Below are positions 35,663 through 38,927 of a stretch of 38,927 nucleotides of DNA, one piece after another. Both the position numbers and the translations under genes were made by a program. The stretch spans positions 124,001 through 162,927 of the forward strand of contig JADIIX010000043.1 of assembly GCA_027604505.1 (NCBI GenBank). Direction: 5' to 3'. The notes beneath the pieces were generated by a model. It did not search any database, had not been told where the DNA came from, and saw only the letters and a program-made list of their open reading frames with translations. This DNA is from Gonapodya sp. JEL0774. Its lineage: Eukaryota. Position 1 is the stretch's first letter; every line of letters begins with the position of its first letter.

Positions 35663-37419
35663 ATGTCCGACCCCCGATATCCTGGCATAATTCCAAATCG
35701 GCACCCCCTCGACTCGCCCGTTTACATTCCAGGCATTAAGAATGTTGCGAATCTCGGGAATGAATCACCCCTCATCACCCCAGGACTTCGCTCCGTGGTG
35801 AAACTAAACCCACTGTTGCCATCGTTCCATCGCGATCAGCCTCAGCCGTTTCATAATCGGTGAGTACATACATTTGATTCGGGGAAAAGCTTCGGGTTCA
35901 CTCACTGAGCTTGTATCGCTGAAGATTTCATCCGGAAATCCCACCTGTTGCAAGTGTTGTGGTTGGGGAGACAGTGAGTGAACCAGTATAGAAATATTGA
36001 GCTTGCTGAAGCACTGGTTGCGAACTCTTCCCACCAGGTCCGTCTGGAGGCATTTGATGCCACCGGTGGGCAGCAAAAGCCCACCACAGATAATGCAAGC
36101 GACTGCATCGACTATGACGCTCTATTGACTCACGTCATGAGCGGGCCTATTCAGGTGGAAGATGCAAAGGCTGGCGACGCAATCGAATTGGAAATCGTAG
36201 AAATGGATGTATTGCCCGGACTTGAGTGGGGATACACGGGCGTTCCAGGGGCCATTACGGGCTTCCTCTCCGACCACTTCCAGAGTACTGCAAAAGTTGT
36301 CTGGGACCTTTCGTCCCATACTCATGCCCAAACGCCACATATCCCCTACATCAAAGTACCCCGAATGTTTCACCTGGGAATAGTGGCAACAGCGCCTTCG
36401 CAGGAGATTTTGGAGATCATAAATGCACGTGAAAAGAAGATTTGGGAGGAGACGGGAGGAGACGCAGCTCTTCCAGTCGTGGCTTGCCTACCAGATGAGA
36501 GAATGGCGCTGGCTGGTGGTGCCACCGAACTTGGGCCAGACGTTGTCGATAGAGTCAGAAAGACAGGACTGCGGACAATTCGTGAGTGAGATCACGAGTT
36601 TGTTGCATCGTTCGTTGGAGCAAGAATGCAGCTTTTCCGCACGTTCCTAGCTCCCCGTCCGGAAATTGGCGGCAATGTGGACATCCGTGAATTTGGTCCC
36701 GGCTCCAAGATAATTCTCCCCGTTCACATCGATGGTGCGAACCTCAGCCTTGCAGATCCCCACTTTTGTGAAGGCGAGGGAGAAGTTTCCGGAATGGCAA
36801 TCGAATGCGCTGGCCAGGTCGCGTTCAGAATCAGTAGGATTATCAAAAAGGGCATCACCTCTCTGATGTTGGTGATAAGCGCTTGTTTCAGTCCTCGCTA
36901 TTTGAAGTAATTCACGTCCTCACAACACACCATTTTAGGTATAAATCTCCGATGTTCATCCCTAACCCATCGTTTGTCGGGGGACCACCTTCAATGGGCA
37001 ATGACTATCTTGCATTCTCAGGTTTCTCTGTGTCAGAAGAAGGCTTTTCCACACCACCAGCAATGACCTATGTGCCACATCTCGCCACATCTCGACCACA
37101 CCCGCATCATCACGGAGGACCACGACATATTCAATACAACGCAGACGTAACACTCGCCTTCAGAAATGCATTGCTTTCGGTTATTTCGTTCCTGACATCT
37201 CCACCGTACTACTATTCGAGGGAACAAGCGCTTGTTATCTTGTCTGCCACCCCCATATCGTCCCGGATATCATGCGTCGTTGACGTTCCTAATGCGTGTG
37301 TGACCGTATGGCTTCCACGTAAGATATTTTCGAAAGACATAGGGTTCGCCATTGACACAAAGGATTGGGAGGGGAACAGTCGCGAGGCAATGGGAGACGT
37401 AGTGTTTGCGAAAGTCTGA
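35663..37419 (+). CDS. Acetamidase/formamidase (FmdA/AmdA family), 5 exons: 35663-35859, 35925-35973, 36038-36581, 36651-36867, 36939-37419
   Basis: HNRFHPEIPP, DATGGQ, HVMSGPIQVEDAKAGD, WGYTG, HLGIVATAPS, RTIPPRPEIGGNVDI, YSREQALVILS, VVDVPNACVT. Confidence 0.9.
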
Positions 37420-37716
37420 TGCAACACATTTATTAGTTAGTTATTGTCTGCTATTGGAAAGTATTTCAACATCTCTAAGGGAACCCTCCAGCTGGTCAGA
37501 AGACGGTCAACGAGAGTATGTGTGTAGCAACATGATAGAATGGTGAGGATGTCCATATTCAAATTGACTATTTCGAATACACGGGATGCGAATGCAAGTA
37601 AAAACTTTGAGATGGAATTTAAAAATTCCGCTGAAGTTGAAAGAGTGTGGAAGAGGTCCCCGCGACATTAGCAAACGGCGAAGCGACTGTGTGGTTGTCT
37701 TCGACGATAGAGTCGT

Positions 37717-38514
<798 letters not shown>

Positions 38515-38882
38515 GATGAACGATCGAAAAACTGCTTGATAATTTCGAGAGTTCGGTGGGCAACGAAGTGGTGGGCTGCTTATATATGCCGGCAGGGTGG
38601 ACCGGGCACCAACTTTCAACCCGGAAATGGGCGAAGAAGACGCGATACTCCGCGAGGAGGATCATTGAGAGCCAGATCTCTTGCAAGTCAATTGATATAT
38701 CGTGATTCTATGGCACGGTCACGCAAAATCTAGACGAAAAGCTCTGGGAGGCTGTCCTCGTCCTCTGGCAGTTGGTTCTGCACACTTCCGTTGGTGGACT
38801 GCGCCACAAGCGGGCTACATAAAACCACCCACGCACCTGCTGACTTCCTCCCCCACCACACTTCAAAAATCAATCATCGCAA
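38515..38882. promoter_or_regulatory. Divergent histone H4/H3 promoter with a TATA-like element toward each gene
   Basis: TATATAA on the minus strand at ~38580-38586 and TACATAAAA on the plus strand at ~38816-38824, each about 60-70 nt upstream of an ATG. Confidence 0.6.
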
Positions 38883-38927
38883 ATGGCCCGTAAGTTGCCA
38901 GAGCTTCGTCGGATTCTTCCTCAAGAG
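38883..38927 (+). CDS. HHT1: Probable histone H3: 7-nt first exon followed by an intron, truncated by the window end
   Basis: caaaATGGCCC|GTAAGT gives M-A-R(split) and a perfect donor. It lies divergent from H4, the usual fungal H3-H4 arrangement. Only 2.3 codons are visible. Confidence 0.6.
   Translation, partial: MARKLPELRRILPQE

Noticed and set aside
2285..37427. Numerous antisense or overlapping ORFs of 60-255 aa
   Set aside because: They are shadows of the real genes in moderately GC-rich coding DNA and carry no recognisable motifs.

Overview
Intron-rich eukaryotic genomic DNA. Gene content, short spliceosomal introns and protein styles suggest an early-diverging, possibly zoosporic, fungus; this is inference, not established. 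No prokaryotic operons, CRISPR arrays, rRNA or tRNA genes were recognised. In order, the window holds: a CpG-poor, apparently decayed segment (~470-1400); a PMCA-type P2B Ca2+-ATPase (-) head-to-head with a multi-TM class I cyclic-nucleotide phosphodiesterase (+); a large Nup214/Nup159-like nucleoporin with three RanBP2-type zinc fingers (+); PAM18/TIM14 (-); a frameshifted SEC11 signal-peptidase copy that the ORF track misses (+); ALG9 (-) head-to-head with POL12 (+); a ~2290-aa low-complexity orphan protein with about 20 copies of a 17-aa repeat (-); an acetamidase/formamidase (+); histone H4 (-); and probably the first codons of a divergent histone H3. The most interesting items are the PDE with an adenylyl-cyclase-like membrane anchor, the adjacent Ca2+ pump with a spliced MLCK-like calmodulin-binding tail, the zinc-finger Nup214, the 17-aa repeat protein, the SEC11 pseudogene and frequent AAG 3' splice sites. 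Exon boundaries were derived by hand and need RNA-seq confirmation.
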